A DNA stretch of 64,000 bases. It comes from Escherichia coli. Lineage in GTDB: Bacteria; Pseudomonadota; Gammaproteobacteria; Enterobacterales; Enterobacteriaceae. A model generated the notes under the pieces. The model made no database searches. It had not been told where the DNA came from and saw only the letters and a list, made by a program, of their open reading frames with translations. The stretch's first letter is position 1; each line of letters begins with the position of its first letter. Position numbers and translations under genes: made by a program. Positions 51,725-64,000 of the stretch are shown one piece after another. The stretch lies in assembly GCF_965641715.1 (NCBI RefSeq), contig NZ_OZ282453.1; one strand, written 5' to 3'.

Positions 51725-51732
51725 CTTCCTGA
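51725..51732. repeat. right junction direct repeat (att core candidate), immediately 5' of the eutB ribosome-binding site
   Basis: cttcctga, identical to 40525-40532; followed by gggaacgactt ATG (eutB). Confidence 0.5.
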
Positions 51733-51743
51733 GGGAACGACTT

Positions 51744-53105
51744 ATGAAACTAAAGACCACATTGTTCGGCAATGTATATCAGTTTAAGGATGTAAAAGAG
51801 GTGCTGGCTAAAGCCAACGAACTGCGTTCGGGGGATGTGCTGGCGGGCGTCGCAGCGGCAAGCTCACAGGAGCGCGTGGCGGCAAAGCAGGTGTTGTCGG
51901 AAATGACCGTAGCGGACATCCGCAATAATCCGGTGATTGCCTATGAAGATGACTGCGTGACGCGGCTGATTCAGGACGATGTTAACGAAACGGCCTACAA
52001 CCAGATTAAAAACTGGAGCATCAGCGAACTGCGTGAGTATGTGCTGAGCGATGAAACCAGCGTGGACGACATTGCCTTTACCCGCAAAGGGCTGACCTCG
52101 GAAGTGGTCGCGGCGGTAGCGAAGATTTGCTCCAACGCGGACCTGATCTACGGCGCGAAGAAAATGCCGGTAATCAAAAAGGCCAATACCACCATCGGTA
52201 TTCCGGGCACCTTTAGCGCCCGTTTGCAGCCAAATGACACCCGTGACGACGTGCAAAGTATCGCCGCGCAAATCTACGAAGGGCTTTCCTTCGGGGTGGG
52301 CGATGCGGTGATCGGCGTCAACCCGGTAACTGACGATGTGGAAAACTTAAGCCGCGTGCTGGATACCATTTATGGCGTGATCGACAAATTCAACATCCCA
52401 ACTCAGGGCTGCGTACTGGCGCACGTCACCACCCAGATCGAAGCGATTCGTCGCGGCGCGCCTGGCGGACTGATTTTCCAGAGTATCTGTGGCAGCGAAA
52501 AAGGGCTGAAAGAGTTTGGCGTGGAACTGGCGATGCTCGACGAAGCGCGCGCAGTGGGCGCAGAGTTCAACCGTATCGCCGGGGAAAACTGCCTCTACTT
52601 CGAAACCGGACAAGGCTCTGCGCTATCCGCTGGCGCTAACTTCGGCGCTGACCAGGTGACGATGGAAGCACGTAACTATGGGCTGGCGCGTCATTACGAT
52701 CCGTTTATCGTCAACACCGTGGTCGGTTTTATTGGGCCGGAGTATCTCTACAACGACCGCCAGATTATCCGTGCTGGCTTAGAAGATCACTTTATGGGCA
52801 AGCTGAGCGGCATCTCTATGGGCTGTGACTGCTGTTACACCAACCACGCTGACGCTGACCAGAACCTCAACGAAAACCTGATGATCCTGCTCGCCACCGC
52901 AGGCTGCAACTACATCATGGGGATGCCGTTGGGCGATGACATCATGCTCAACTACCAGACCACCGCCTTCCACGACACTGCCACTGTGCGTCAGTTACTC
53001 AACCTGCGCCCGTCACCGGAGTTTGAACGCTGGCTGGAAAGCATGGGCATTATGGCAAACGGTCGCCTGACCAAACGGGCGGGCGATCCGTCACTGTTCT
53101 TCTGA
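51744..53105 (+). CDS. eutB: ethanolamine ammonia-lyase large subunit
   Basis: 453 aa from internal Met MKLKTTLFGNVYQFKDVKEVLAKAN... Confidence 0.9.
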   Translation: MKLKTTLFGNVYQFKDVKEVLAKANELRSGDVLAGVAAASSQERVAAKQVLSEMTVADIRNNPVIAYEDDCVTRLIQDDVNETAYNQIKNWSISELREYVLSDETSVDDIAFTRKGLTSEVVAAVAKICSNADLIYGAKKMPVIKKANTTIGIPGTFSARLQPNDTRDDVQSIAAQIYEGLSFGVGDAVIGVNPVTDDVENLSRVLDTIYGVIDKFNIPTQGCVLAHVTTQIEAIRRGAPGGLIFQSICGSEKGLKEFGVELAMLDEARAVGAEFNRIAGENCLYFETGQGSALSAGANFGADQVTMEARNYGLARHYDPFIVNTVVGFIGPEYLYNDRQIIRAGLEDHFMGKLSGISMGCDCCYTNHADADQNLNENLMILLATAGCNYIMGMPLGDDIMLNYQTTAFHDTATVRQLLNLRPSPEFERWLESMGIMANGRLTKRAGDPSLFF

Positions 53106-53125
53106 TGACGCGGAGATAACACATC

Positions 53126-54013
53126 ATGGATCAAAAACAGATTGAAGAAATTGTACGCAGCGTGATGGCGTCAATGGGACAAGTGGCCCCCGCGCCGTCA
53201 GAAGCAAAGTGCGCCACCACCAACTGTGCGGCACCGGTGACCTCGGAAAGCTGCGCGCTGGATTTAGGTTCTGCGGAAGCAAAAGCGTGGATTGGTGTTG
53301 AAAACCCACATCGTGCGGATGTGTTAACAGAACTGCGTCGCAGCACCGTGGCCCGCGTTTGTACCGGTCGTGCCGGTCCGCGTCCGCGTACCCAGGCGCT
53401 GCTGCGTTTCCTGGCCGATCACTCTCGTTCGAAAGATACCGTACTTAAAGAAGTGCCGGAAGAGTGGGTGAAAGCGCAGGGCTTGCTGGAAGTACGCTCT
53501 GAAATTAGCGACAAAAATCTCTACCTGACTCGCCCGGATATGGGCCGCCGCCTGTGTGCAGAAGCTGTTGAAGCGCTGAAAGCGCAGTGTGTTGCCAATC
53601 CGGACGTGCAGGTCGTTATTTCTGATGGCCTGTCAACTGATGCCATCACTGTGAACTACGAAGAGATCCTGCCACCGCTGATGGCGGGCCTGAAACAGGC
53701 CGGGCTGAAAGTCGGTACACCATTCTTTGTTCGTTATGGTCGCGTGAAGATTGAAGATCAGATCGGTGAGATCCTCGGCGCGAAAGTGGTGATCCTGCTG
53801 GTGGGGGAACGTCCGGGGTTAGGGCAGTCAGAAAGCCTCTCCTGCTACGCCGTTTACTCGCCGCGTATGGCGACCACCGTTGAGGCCGATCGCACCTGCA
53901 TCTCTAACATTCACCAGGGCGGCACGCCGCCGGTTGAAGCCGCAGCCGTCATTGTGGATTTGGCGAAACGTATGCTGGAGCAGAAAGCATCCGGCATCAA
54001 CATGACCCGATAA
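53126..54013 (+). CDS. eutC: ethanolamine ammonia-lyase small subunit
   Basis: 295 aa [19 protein letters not shown]... Confidence 0.9.
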   Translation: MDQKQIEEIVRSVMASMGQVAPAPSEAKCATTNCAAPVTSESCALDLGSAEAKAWIGVENPHRADVLTELRRSTVARVCTGRAGPRPRTQALLRFLADHSRSKDTVLKEVPEEWVKAQGLLEVRSEISDKNLYLTRPDMGRRLCAEAVEALKAQCVANPDVQVVISDGLSTDAITVNYEEILPPLMAGLKQAGLKVGTPFFVRYGRVKIEDQIGEILGAKVVILLVGERPGLGQSESLSCYAVYSPRMATTVEADRTCISNIHQGGTPPVEAAAVIVDLAKRMLEQKASGINMTR

Positions 54014-54022
54014 GGAGGCATC

Positions 54023-54682
54023 ATGCCAGCTTTAGATTTGATTCGACCGTCGGTAACCGCCATGCGGGTGATTGCCTCCGTTAACGCCGAATTTGCGCGT
54101 GAACTGAAATTGCCGCCGCATATTCGTAGCCTCGGGCTGATTTCTGCTGATTCCGATGACGTCACCTACATTGCCGCTGATGAAGCGACCAAGCAGGCGA
54201 TGGTGGAAGTTGTGTATGGCCGCTCGCTGTATGCGGGCGCTGCACACGGCCCGTCACCGACTGCCGGTGAAGTGCTGATTATGCTTGGTGGGCCAAACCC
54301 GGCGGAAGTGCGTGCAGGTCTGGATGCAATGGTTGCGCATATTGAAAATGGCGCTGCTTTCCAGTGGGCTAATGATGCGCAAGATACGGCATTCCTGGCA
54401 CATGTAGTTTCGCGTACCGGTTCTTATCTCTCATCAACCGCCGGGATCACGCTTGGCGATCCGATGGCGTATCTGGTGGCACCGCCGCTGGAAGCGACCT
54501 ACGGCATTGATGCAGCGTTGAAATCTGCCGACGTACAGCTGGTGACCTATGTCCCGCCACCGTCTGAAACTAACTACTCGGCAGCATTTTTAACCGGTAG
54601 CCAGGCAGCGTGTAAAGCGGCCTGTAACGCCTTTACCGATGCAGTGCTGGAAATCGCGCGTAATCCAATCCAGCGTGCGTAA
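54023..54682 (+). CDS. eutL: microcompartment shell protein EutL (tandem BMC)
   Basis: 219 aa [24 protein letters not shown]... Confidence 0.85.
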   Translation: MPALDLIRPSVTAMRVIASVNAEFARELKLPPHIRSLGLISADSDDVTYIAADEATKQAMVEVVYGRSLYAGAAHGPSPTAGEVLIMLGGPNPAEVRAGLDAMVAHIENGAAFQWANDAQDTAFLAHVVSRTGSYLSSTAGITLGDPMAYLVAPPLEATYGIDAALKSADVQLVTYVPPPSETNYSAAFLTGSQAACKAACNAFTDAVLEIARNPIQRA

Positions 54683-54694
54683 TGGAGGTTGCCG

Positions 54695-55195
54695 ATGATC
54701 AATGCACTGGGATTGCTGGAAGTGGACGGCATGGTCGCTGCGATAGATGCAGCGGATGCCATGCTCAAAGCAGCTAACGTTCGTCTGCTCAGTCACGAAG
54801 TGCTTGACCCTGGTCGCTTAACGCTGGTGGTGGAAGGCGATCTGGCGGCGTGTCGTGCTGCGCTGGACGCAGGTTGTGCTGCCGCGATGCGTACCGGGCG
54901 TGTCATCAGCCGTAAGGAGATCGGTCGGCCAGACGATGACACCCAGTGGCTGGTTACTGGCTTTAACCGCCAGCCGAAGCAACCCGTAAAGGAACCCGAC
55001 GCGCCAGTTATCGTCGTGGAATCTGCTGACGAGTTGTTGGCGCTGTTAACATCAGTACGTCAGGGAATGACGGCAGGAGAAGTGGCTGCCCACTTTGGCT
55101 GGCCGCTGGAAAAAGCCAGAAATGCGCTCGAACAGCTCTTTTCTGCCGGGACGTTACGTAAACGCAGTAGTCGTTACCGTCTCAAGCCCCATTAA
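54695..55195 (+). CDS. eutK: microcompartment shell protein EutK
   Basis: 166 aa from ATG at 54695 with GGAGG Shine-Dalgarno; BMC-like N-terminus MINALGLLEVDGMVAAIDAADAM. Confidence 0.85.
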   Translation: MINALGLLEVDGMVAAIDAADAMLKAANVRLLSHEVLDPGRLTLVVEGDLAACRAALDAGCAAAMRTGRVISRKEIGRPDDDTQWLVTGFNRQPKQPVKEPDAPVIVVESADELLALLTSVRQGMTAGEVAAHFGWPLEKARNALEQLFSAGTLRKRSSRYRLKPH

Positions 55196-55240
55196 CCTGT
55201 CGGAGGTGCCGGGTGTCCTACAACACCCGGCATTAACATC

Positions 55241-56293
55241 ATGAAAAAGACCCGTACAGCCAATTTGCACCATCTTTATCATGAACCCTTACCCGAAAAC
55301 CTGAAGCTCACGCCGAAGGTCGAAGTGGATAATGTTCATCAACGACAGACAACGGATGTCTATGAACATGCTTTGACAATTACCGCCTGGCAGCAGATTT
55401 ACGATCAGCTGCATCCGGGCAAGTTTCATGGTGAATTTACGGAAATTCTACTCGATGATATTCAGGTTTTTCGTGAATACACCGGTCTGGCGCTGCGTCA
55501 GTCGTGCCTGGTCTGGCCGAACTCGTTCTGGTTTGGCATTCCGGCGACGCGCGGTGAGCAGGGATTTATCGGTTCGCAATGTCTGGGAAGCGCAGAAATT
55601 GCGACGCGCCCGGGTGGAACCGAGTTTGAATTAAGTACGCCGGACGATTACACGATCCTGGGCGTAGTGCTTTCTGAAGATGTCATCACTCGTCAGGCTA
55701 ACTTTTTGCATAATCCGGATCGGGTATTACATATGCTGCGTAGCCAGTCGGCGCTGGAAGTGAAAGAGCAGCATAAAGCCGCTCTGTGGGGCTTTGTCCA
55801 ACAGGCGCTGGCGACATTTTGCGAGAACCCGGAAAATCTTCATCAGCCTGCTGTGCGTAAAGTGCTGGGGGATAATTTGCTCATGGCGATGGGGGCGATG
55901 CTGGAAGAAGCGCAGCCAATGGTGACGGCGGAAAGCATCAGTCATCAGAGTTACCGTCGATTGCTTTCCCGCGCCCGTGAATATGTGCTGGAAAACATGT
56001 CCGAACCAGTGACGGTGCTGGAGTTGTGCAATCAATTGCACGTCAGCCGCCGCACGCTACAAAACGCATTTCACGCCATTTTGGGCATTGGTCCGAACGC
56101 GTGGCTGAAACGTATTCGCCTGAACGCCGTGCGCCGCGAATTGATAAGTCCGTGGTCACAAAGCACAACGGTAAAAGACGCCGCCATGCAGTGGGGATTC
56201 TGGCATCTTGGGCAATTTGCCACGGATTATCAGCAACTGTTTGCCGAGAAGCCGTCACTGACGCTGCATCAGCGGATGCGGGAGTGGGGGTGA
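55241..56293 (+). CDS. eutR: AraC-family transcriptional activator of the eut operon
   Basis: 350 aa with C-terminal AraC-type HTH. Confidence 0.85.
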   Translation: MKKTRTANLHHLYHEPLPENLKLTPKVEVDNVHQRQTTDVYEHALTITAWQQIYDQLHPGKFHGEFTEILLDDIQVFREYTGLALRQSCLVWPNSFWFGIPATRGEQGFIGSQCLGSAEIATRPGGTEFELSTPDDYTILGVVLSEDVITRQANFLHNPDRVLHMLRSQSALEVKEQHKAALWGFVQQALATFCENPENLHQPAVRKVLGDNLLMAMGAMLEEAQPMVTAESISHQSYRRLLSRAREYVLENMSEPVTVLELCNQLHVSRRTLQNAFHAILGIGPNAWLKRIRLNAVRRELISPWSQSTTVKDAAMQWGFWHLGQFATDYQQLFAEKPSLTLHQRMREWG

Positions 56294-56298
56294 GGGAG

Positions 56299-57201
<903 letters not shown>

Positions 57202-58071
57202 TTACCGCTTTCTCGAGTGTGCTTTCTGGTTGTCAAACCAGTGGAAATAACTGATCACGCCTTCGGCAATCGCTGTGGCGATTTTCTGGCGAAACGCCGC
57301 CGTGCCTAACAGCCGCTCTTCTTCCGGGTTGGTGATAAACGAGGTTTCCACCAGCACCGACGGAACCGACGGCGATTTCAACACCACAAACGCGGCTTGT
57401 TCGGTGTTGCGGCTGTGCAGTTTATGCACCGGCTTAATCTTTTTCAGAATATGCGAGCCGAGCGTCAGGCTGTTTTTAATAGTATCGGTTTGCACCAGAT
57501 CAAACAGCACTTGCTGCAATAGGTGATCCTTGTCAGTCGCCTTTTTACCGGCAACTTCATCGGCGCGGTTTTCGCGTTCAGACAGGTATTTCGCCATTGC
57601 GCTACTTGCCCCACGGTTAGAGAGGGCAAATACCGAAGCACCGGCAGCTTTCGGGTTGGTAAAGCCATCGGCATGAATTGACATAAACAGATCTGCGCCA
57701 TGTTTATGGGCGATTTCAACGCGATCGTAAAGTGGGATAAACGTATCGCCAGAACGCGTTAAACGCGCATCAATCCCATGATTACGCAAAATGGAACGGA
57801 CGTTTTTAGCAATCGCCAGCACCACATGTTTTTCTTTCGAACCGTTGCGTCCGATCGCTCCGGTATCAATTCCGCCGTGGCCTGGATCGAGAACAACGAC
57901 ACGTTTGCCGCCAGATTTTTTGGCTTTCGGCTTGCTGTGTCCGTTGCTGGTTTTTAAAGGTTCGTCTTTGGCGATGGCTTGCGACATTCCTGACAACGTC
58001 AGGGCAGCCAAACCGGCTTTCAGCACCTGGCGGCGCGAAGTGAGTGTTTTTAGTGGTTTAAAAGTGCTCAT
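57202..58071 (-). CDS. amiA: N-acetylmuramoyl-L-alanine amidase AmiA
   Basis: 289 aa with Tat-type signal (SRRQVLKAG) and amidase_3 domain; directly upstream of hemF. Confidence 0.9.
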   Translation of the reverse strand: MSTFKPLKTLTSRRQVLKAGLAALTLSGMSQAIAKDEPLKTSNGHSKPKAKKSGGKRVVVLDPGHGGIDTGAIGRNGSKEKHVVLAIAKNVRSILRNHGIDARLTRSGDTFIPLYDRVEIAHKHGADLFMSIHADGFTNPKAAGASVFALSNRGASSAMAKYLSERENRADEVAGKKATDKDHLLQQVLFDLVQTDTIKNSLTLGSHILKKIKPVHKLHSRNTEQAAFVVLKSPSVPSVLVETSFITNPEEERLLGTAAFRQKIATAIAEGVISYFHWFDNQKAHSRKR

Positions 58072-58284
58072 ACGGCCTGAGTTGTAATAATAAAGTTCCA
58101 GATGTTATATCGTATCGCGTAATCCGTTACGACGGTTTGATGTTGAGAATTGTTTTACTTTTCATTTCAATAGTTGACAACTCCCCATTATGCCACTTTT
58201 TCAACCGATTTTCGTCAGATATTGGCTAATTCGACCGTTCACGCCATAATCAGCCTTTTAACCCGCAAAAAGGTAACGAATACC

Positions 58285-58710
58285 ATGGAGATACGCGTAT
58301 TTCGCCAGGAAGATTTCGAAGAGGTCATCACCCTTTGGGAGCGTTGCGACTTGCTGCGTCCGTGGAACGATCCGGAAATGGACATCGAGCGTAAGATGAA
58401 CCATGACGTCAGTTTGTTTTTGGTCGCTGAGGTAAACGGTGAAGTGGTCGGAACGGTGATGGGCGGTTATGACGGGCATCGCGGGTCTGCTTATTATCTT
58501 GGCGTGCATCCAGAGTTTCGTGGGCGTGGGATTGCCAATGCGTTGCTTAATCGGCTGGAGAAAAAGCTGATTGCTCGTGGCTGCCCGAAAATTCAGATCA
58601 ATGTGCCGGAAGATAACGACATGGTGCTCGGAATGTATGAACGCCTGGGATATGAACACGCCGACGTGCTGAGTCTGGGTAAGCGTTTGATTGAAGATGA
58701 AGAGTACTGA
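58285..58710 (+). CDS. ypeA: GNAT-family acetyltransferase YpeA
   Basis: 141 aa from internal Met [19 protein letters not shown]... Confidence 0.8.
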
Positions 58711-59146
58711 GTTCCATCCTGTCCATTATGATGCGCACGGACGCCTGCGTTTACCCTTGCTCTTCTGGCTTGTGCTATTGCTTCAGGCGCGAACCTGGGT
58801 GCTGTTTGTCATTGCCGGTGCGTCGCGCGAGCAGGGTACTGCGCTGCTAAATCTGTTTTATCCCGATCACGATAATTTCTGGCTGGGGCTGATTCCAGGC
58901 ATTCCGGCGGTGCTGGCGTTTTTGTTGAGCGGTCGGCGGGCTACATTTCCTCGCACTTGGCATGTGCTCTATTTTCTGTTGCTGTTGGCGCAGGTGGTTT
59001 TACTTTGCTGGCAACCGTGGCTGTGGCTGAACGGTGAATCCGTTAGCGGTATCGGTCTGGCGCTGGTAGTGGCGGATATTGTGGCGTTAATCTGGCTGCT
59101 GACCAATCGACGTTTACGCGCTTGTTTTAATGAAGAAAAAGAATAA
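58697..59146 (+). CDS. yfeZ: inner membrane protein YfeZ
   Basis: 149 aa [29 protein letters not shown]...; overlaps the ypeA 3' end. Confidence 0.8.
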
Positions 59147-59167
59147 CGCAGAGGTGCGCTTTGTTTA

Positions 59168-59265
59168 TGCCGGATGCGGCGTGAACGCCTTATCCGGCCT
59201 ACAAAACATCGAAAATTCAATATATTGCAGGAGAAAGTAGGCCTGATAAGCGTAGCGCATCAGGC
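59168..59265. repeat. REP elements between yfeZ and yfeY
   Basis: gccggatgcggcgtgaacgccttatccggcc and aggcctgataagcgtagcgcatcaggc palindromic units. Confidence 0.55.
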
Positions 59266-59352
59266 AATTTTGTGTTTGTCATCAACCTTTAACGGCACTT
59301 TTTGGTGAATTTGCACTCCAAGCAACGTTATTGAATAACCAAAGGAAGTGAC

Positions 59353-59928
59353 ATGAAATCGCTGCGTTTAATGTTATGCGCTATGCCGTTGATGCTGACC
59401 GGCTGTTCCACGATGTCGTCAGTTAACTGGTCGGCCGCTAACCCGTGGAACTGGTTTGGGTCGTCCACCAAAGTGAGCGAGCAGGGCGTGGGTGAATTAA
59501 CGGCGTCCACACCACTGCAAGAACAAGCCATTGCTGATGCGCTTGATGGCGATTATCGCCTGCGCAGCGGAATGAAAACCGCGAACGGCAACGTGGTGCG
59601 CTTTTTTGAAGTGATGAAAGGCGACAACGTGGCGATGGTGATTAACGGTGATCAGGGCACGATCAGCCGCATTGATGTGCTGGATAGCGATATTCCAGCT
59701 GACACCGGTGTTAAAATCGGTACACCGTTTAGCGGCCTTTACAGCAAAGCATTTGGCAATTGCCAAAAAGCCGACGGTGATGATAATCGTGCTGTCGAAT
59801 GTAAAGCCGAAGGCAGTCAACATATTAGCTACCAGTTCAGCGGGGAATGGAGTGGCCCTGAAGGGTTAATGCCTTCGGACGATACCCTGAAAAACTGGAA
59901 AGTCAGTAAAATTATCTGGCGGCGTTAA
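59353..59928 (+). CDS. yfeY: lipoprotein YfeY
   Basis: 191 aa with lipobox LTGCS. Confidence 0.8.
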   Translation: MKSLRLMLCAMPLMLTGCSTMSSVNWSAANPWNWFGSSTKVSEQGVGELTASTPLQEQAIADALDGDYRLRSGMKTANGNVVRFFEVMKGDNVAMVINGDQGTISRIDVLDSDIPADTGVKIGTPFSGLYSKAFGNCQKADGDDNRAVECKAEGSQHISYQFSGEWSGPEGLMPSDDTLKNWKVSKIIWRR

Positions 59929-59939
59929 TTTGCGTCTGA

Positions 59940-60923
<984 letters not shown>

Positions 60924-60980
60924 GCGTTTCTGATTCATTGATTAAAGGCCAGCCAGTAACACAACTGACTGGCCTTTTTA

Positions 60981-62282
60981 TTACTGCTTTAACGCCGCAT
61001 ACACTTGATCAACTACCCAACCATAAGTTGCAATCGGCAACTGACCGCTTTCGAACATATTGGGATTTTTGTGTGGATCGGCAACTGGCGAATGTGGCTT
61101 GTTGCTTAACATCACAATCGCCATATGATTCACCGGATCGATAACGGTCACCGTCCCGGTCCAGCCAGTGTGACCGTAGGTTTGCGGGCTTGCCAGCGTG
61201 CCAAACGTCGGCGTCATGGTGGCATTACCATTCACGCGCCAGCCAAGGCCAAAAGTGGCATCTTCCTTAGAGCTGGTGGTGAACATCTTCACCGTTTCCG
61301 CACTGAACAGCTGCACATCACCATAGCCACCGCCGTTCAGCATCGTTTGCATTAACACCGCAATATCGCCGGTATTGGAAAACAAACCTGCGTGCCCGGA
61401 AACACCGCCCATCGAATAAAAGGCTTTTTCATCGTGCACCTGACCCCAGAGAGTGGAGGTGCGGATATTCGGGAAATGGATCACGCCATCGCGGGTATTG
61501 CCGTTCAGTTCCGTGGCGGCAATTTGCTGTGGTTTAAAGCCTTTCAGCAGCGGATTAAATACCGTGTGCGTCAGGCCGAGCGGGCGATAAATCGACTCTT
61601 CAACATAGCGGTCAAGTGGCTGACCGGTAACCGACTCGACGATAAATCCAAGCAGCATATAATCGACATCGCTGTAGATATGCTTGCTGCCGGGCTGATA
61701 CTCCAGCGGCGTGCGCTTGATCATCTCCAGCGTCTGGCCTTTATCCTGGGAATATAACGCGCCCGCGACCGCTTTATTCGGATATTGTGGGTCCGCCGGG
61801 AAACCGCCGCTGTGATGCAGCAGATCAGAAATCCGCAACGTGTTTTTGCCTTTAATGGTGTCATTTGGGTTATCGGCAAATCCCGGAATATATTTCGCAA
61901 TCCGATCGTCAGGATGCAGCTTGCCTTCGCTCATTAGCTTTTGCAGAGCAAAGTTAGTGGCGTACATTTTGGTGTTTGAGGCCAGATCATACAGCGTCCC
62001 GGTGGTGGCTTTTACAGGCTGCGCCATTAACGTGCTGCCATCGTACTTTTTCGCCGCGCCCCAGGCTTTGCGATAAACAATCTGATTATCTTTTATAATC
62101 AGCAGGTTTACGCCGGGATAACCGGCGTCCACTTGCTGGCTTATCCAGCGATCCATCTGATTAAGCCGTTCGACGTTAAACCCTGCTTTCTCTGGCGAAC
62201 TTTCTGTCAGAACAGGGTATTTTGCGGCGCTGACGCTACAGCTGACAGCCAGCAGAGAAAGATAGAGCATTGTCCGTTTCAT
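60981..62282 (-). CDS. yfeW: putative penicillin-binding protein 4B (beta-lactamase fold)
   Basis: From internal Met MKRTMLYLSLLAVSCSVSAA (signal peptide); about 433 aa. Confidence 0.8.
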   Translation of the reverse strand: MKRTMLYLSLLAVSCSVSAAKYPVLTESSPEKAGFNVERLNQMDRWISQQVDAGYPGVNLLIIKDNQIVYRKAWGAAKKYDGSTLMAQPVKATTGTLYDLASNTKMYATNFALQKLMSEGKLHPDDRIAKYIPGFADNPNDTIKGKNTLRISDLLHHSGGFPADPQYPNKAVAGALYSQDKGQTLEMIKRTPLEYQPGSKHIYSDVDYMLLGFIVESVTGQPLDRYVEESIYRPLGLTHTVFNPLLKGFKPQQIAATELNGNTRDGVIHFPNIRTSTLWGQVHDEKAFYSMGGVSGHAGLFSNTGDIAVLMQTMLNGGGYGDVQLFSAETVKMFTTSSKEDATFGLGWRVNGNATMTPTFGTLASPQTYGHTGWTGTVTVIDPVNHMAIVMLSNKPHSPVADPHKNPNMFESGQLPIATYGWVVDQVYAALKQ

Positions 62283-62286
62283 ATTA

Positions 62287-63711
<1,425 letters not shown>

Positions 63712-63714
63712 GGG

Positions 63715-64000
63715 TTATTCCTTGTCTAAAACCTGACGAATAAAGCCGCCGTGTTGATCCAGGCGTTTTTTAGCTTCTGCGGCATCGAGATTTTTCAGCA
63801 CCATCACAATGGCCGTTTTACAGTTGCGCTCGCAGGCAATTAACGCTGTTTCCGCTTGTTCGGCATTACATCCGGTGGCGTTTTTAACGATATTGACCTG
63901 GCGCACATGCAGTTTTTCGTTGGTGGCGACCACATCGACCATCAGGTTGCCGAACACTTTGCCGGATTTAATCATCAGCCCGGTGGAGAGCATATTGAGC
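63715..64000 (-). CDS. murQ: N-acetylmuramic acid 6-phosphate etherase; 3' portion only, 5' end beyond the window
   Basis: C-terminal 92-aa frame ending at 63715 that reads through to the window edge; downstream partner murP. Confidence 0.75.
   Translation of the reverse strand, partial: LNMLSTGLMIKSGKVFGNLMVDVVATNEKLHVRQVNIVKNATGCNAEQAETALIACERNCKTAIVMVLKNLDAAEAKKRLDQHGGFIRQVLDKE

Larger units (their letters stand above)
40533..51732. mobile_element. integrase-bearing genomic island (cryptic prophage or satellite-like) inserted between eutA and eutB
   Basis: P4-type tyrosine integrase at the right end adjacent to eutB; 8-bp direct repeat CTTCCTGA at both junctions; excisionase-family gene, iteron array and phage tail tape-measure gene inside. 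Confidence 0.8.

Noticed and set aside
40533-51732. tRNA or tmRNA gene at the island boundary, as expected for many P4-type integrases
   Set aside because: Neither junction shows a tRNA-like structure; both junctions are the eutA/eutB intergenic sequence with an 8-bp duplication.

Overview
Identification is by reading the supplied ORF translations and DNA motifs and by recall of well-known Escherichia coli proteins; no database search, HMM or folding program was run. The window is an E. coli chromosomal segment with K-12-like gene order (about 55 min, reverse-complemented relative to the K-12 reference): hyfD'-hyfC-hyfB-hyfA, bcp, gcvR, dapA, bamC, purC, ypfJ, tmcA, ypfH, ypfN, dapE, yffB, ypfM, acrD, narQ, aegA, nudK, ypfG, tktB, talA, maeB, then the ethanolamine operon eutSPQTDMNEJGHA, an inserted island, eutBCLKR, and hemF, amiA, ypeA, yfeZ, yfeY, yfeX, yfeW, murP, murQ'. 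The only clearly accessory DNA is an ~11.2-kb island (40533-51732) carrying a P4-type tyrosine integrase, inserted exactly between the eutA stop codon and the eutB ribosome-binding site and flanked by an 8-bp direct repeat. This is the locus where K-12 carries the CPZ-55 cryptic prophage, but the content read here does not match my memory of CPZ-55, so the island is described from sequence only. It contains an integrase, a winged-helix protein followed by a five-copy iteron array, an ORF-poor 0.8-kb stretch, a candidate ~86-nt sRNA divergent from an excisionase/AlpA-family gene whose leader has a terminator-like hairpin, four small unknown ORFs, an apparently intact but orphan lambda-family tail tape-measure gene, and three separately terminated cargo genes next to eutA. 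The cargo module and the alpA-to-tape-measure module are the best candidates for an undescribed function; none of that is demonstrated. No rRNA, tRNA, CRISPR array or IS transposase was seen.
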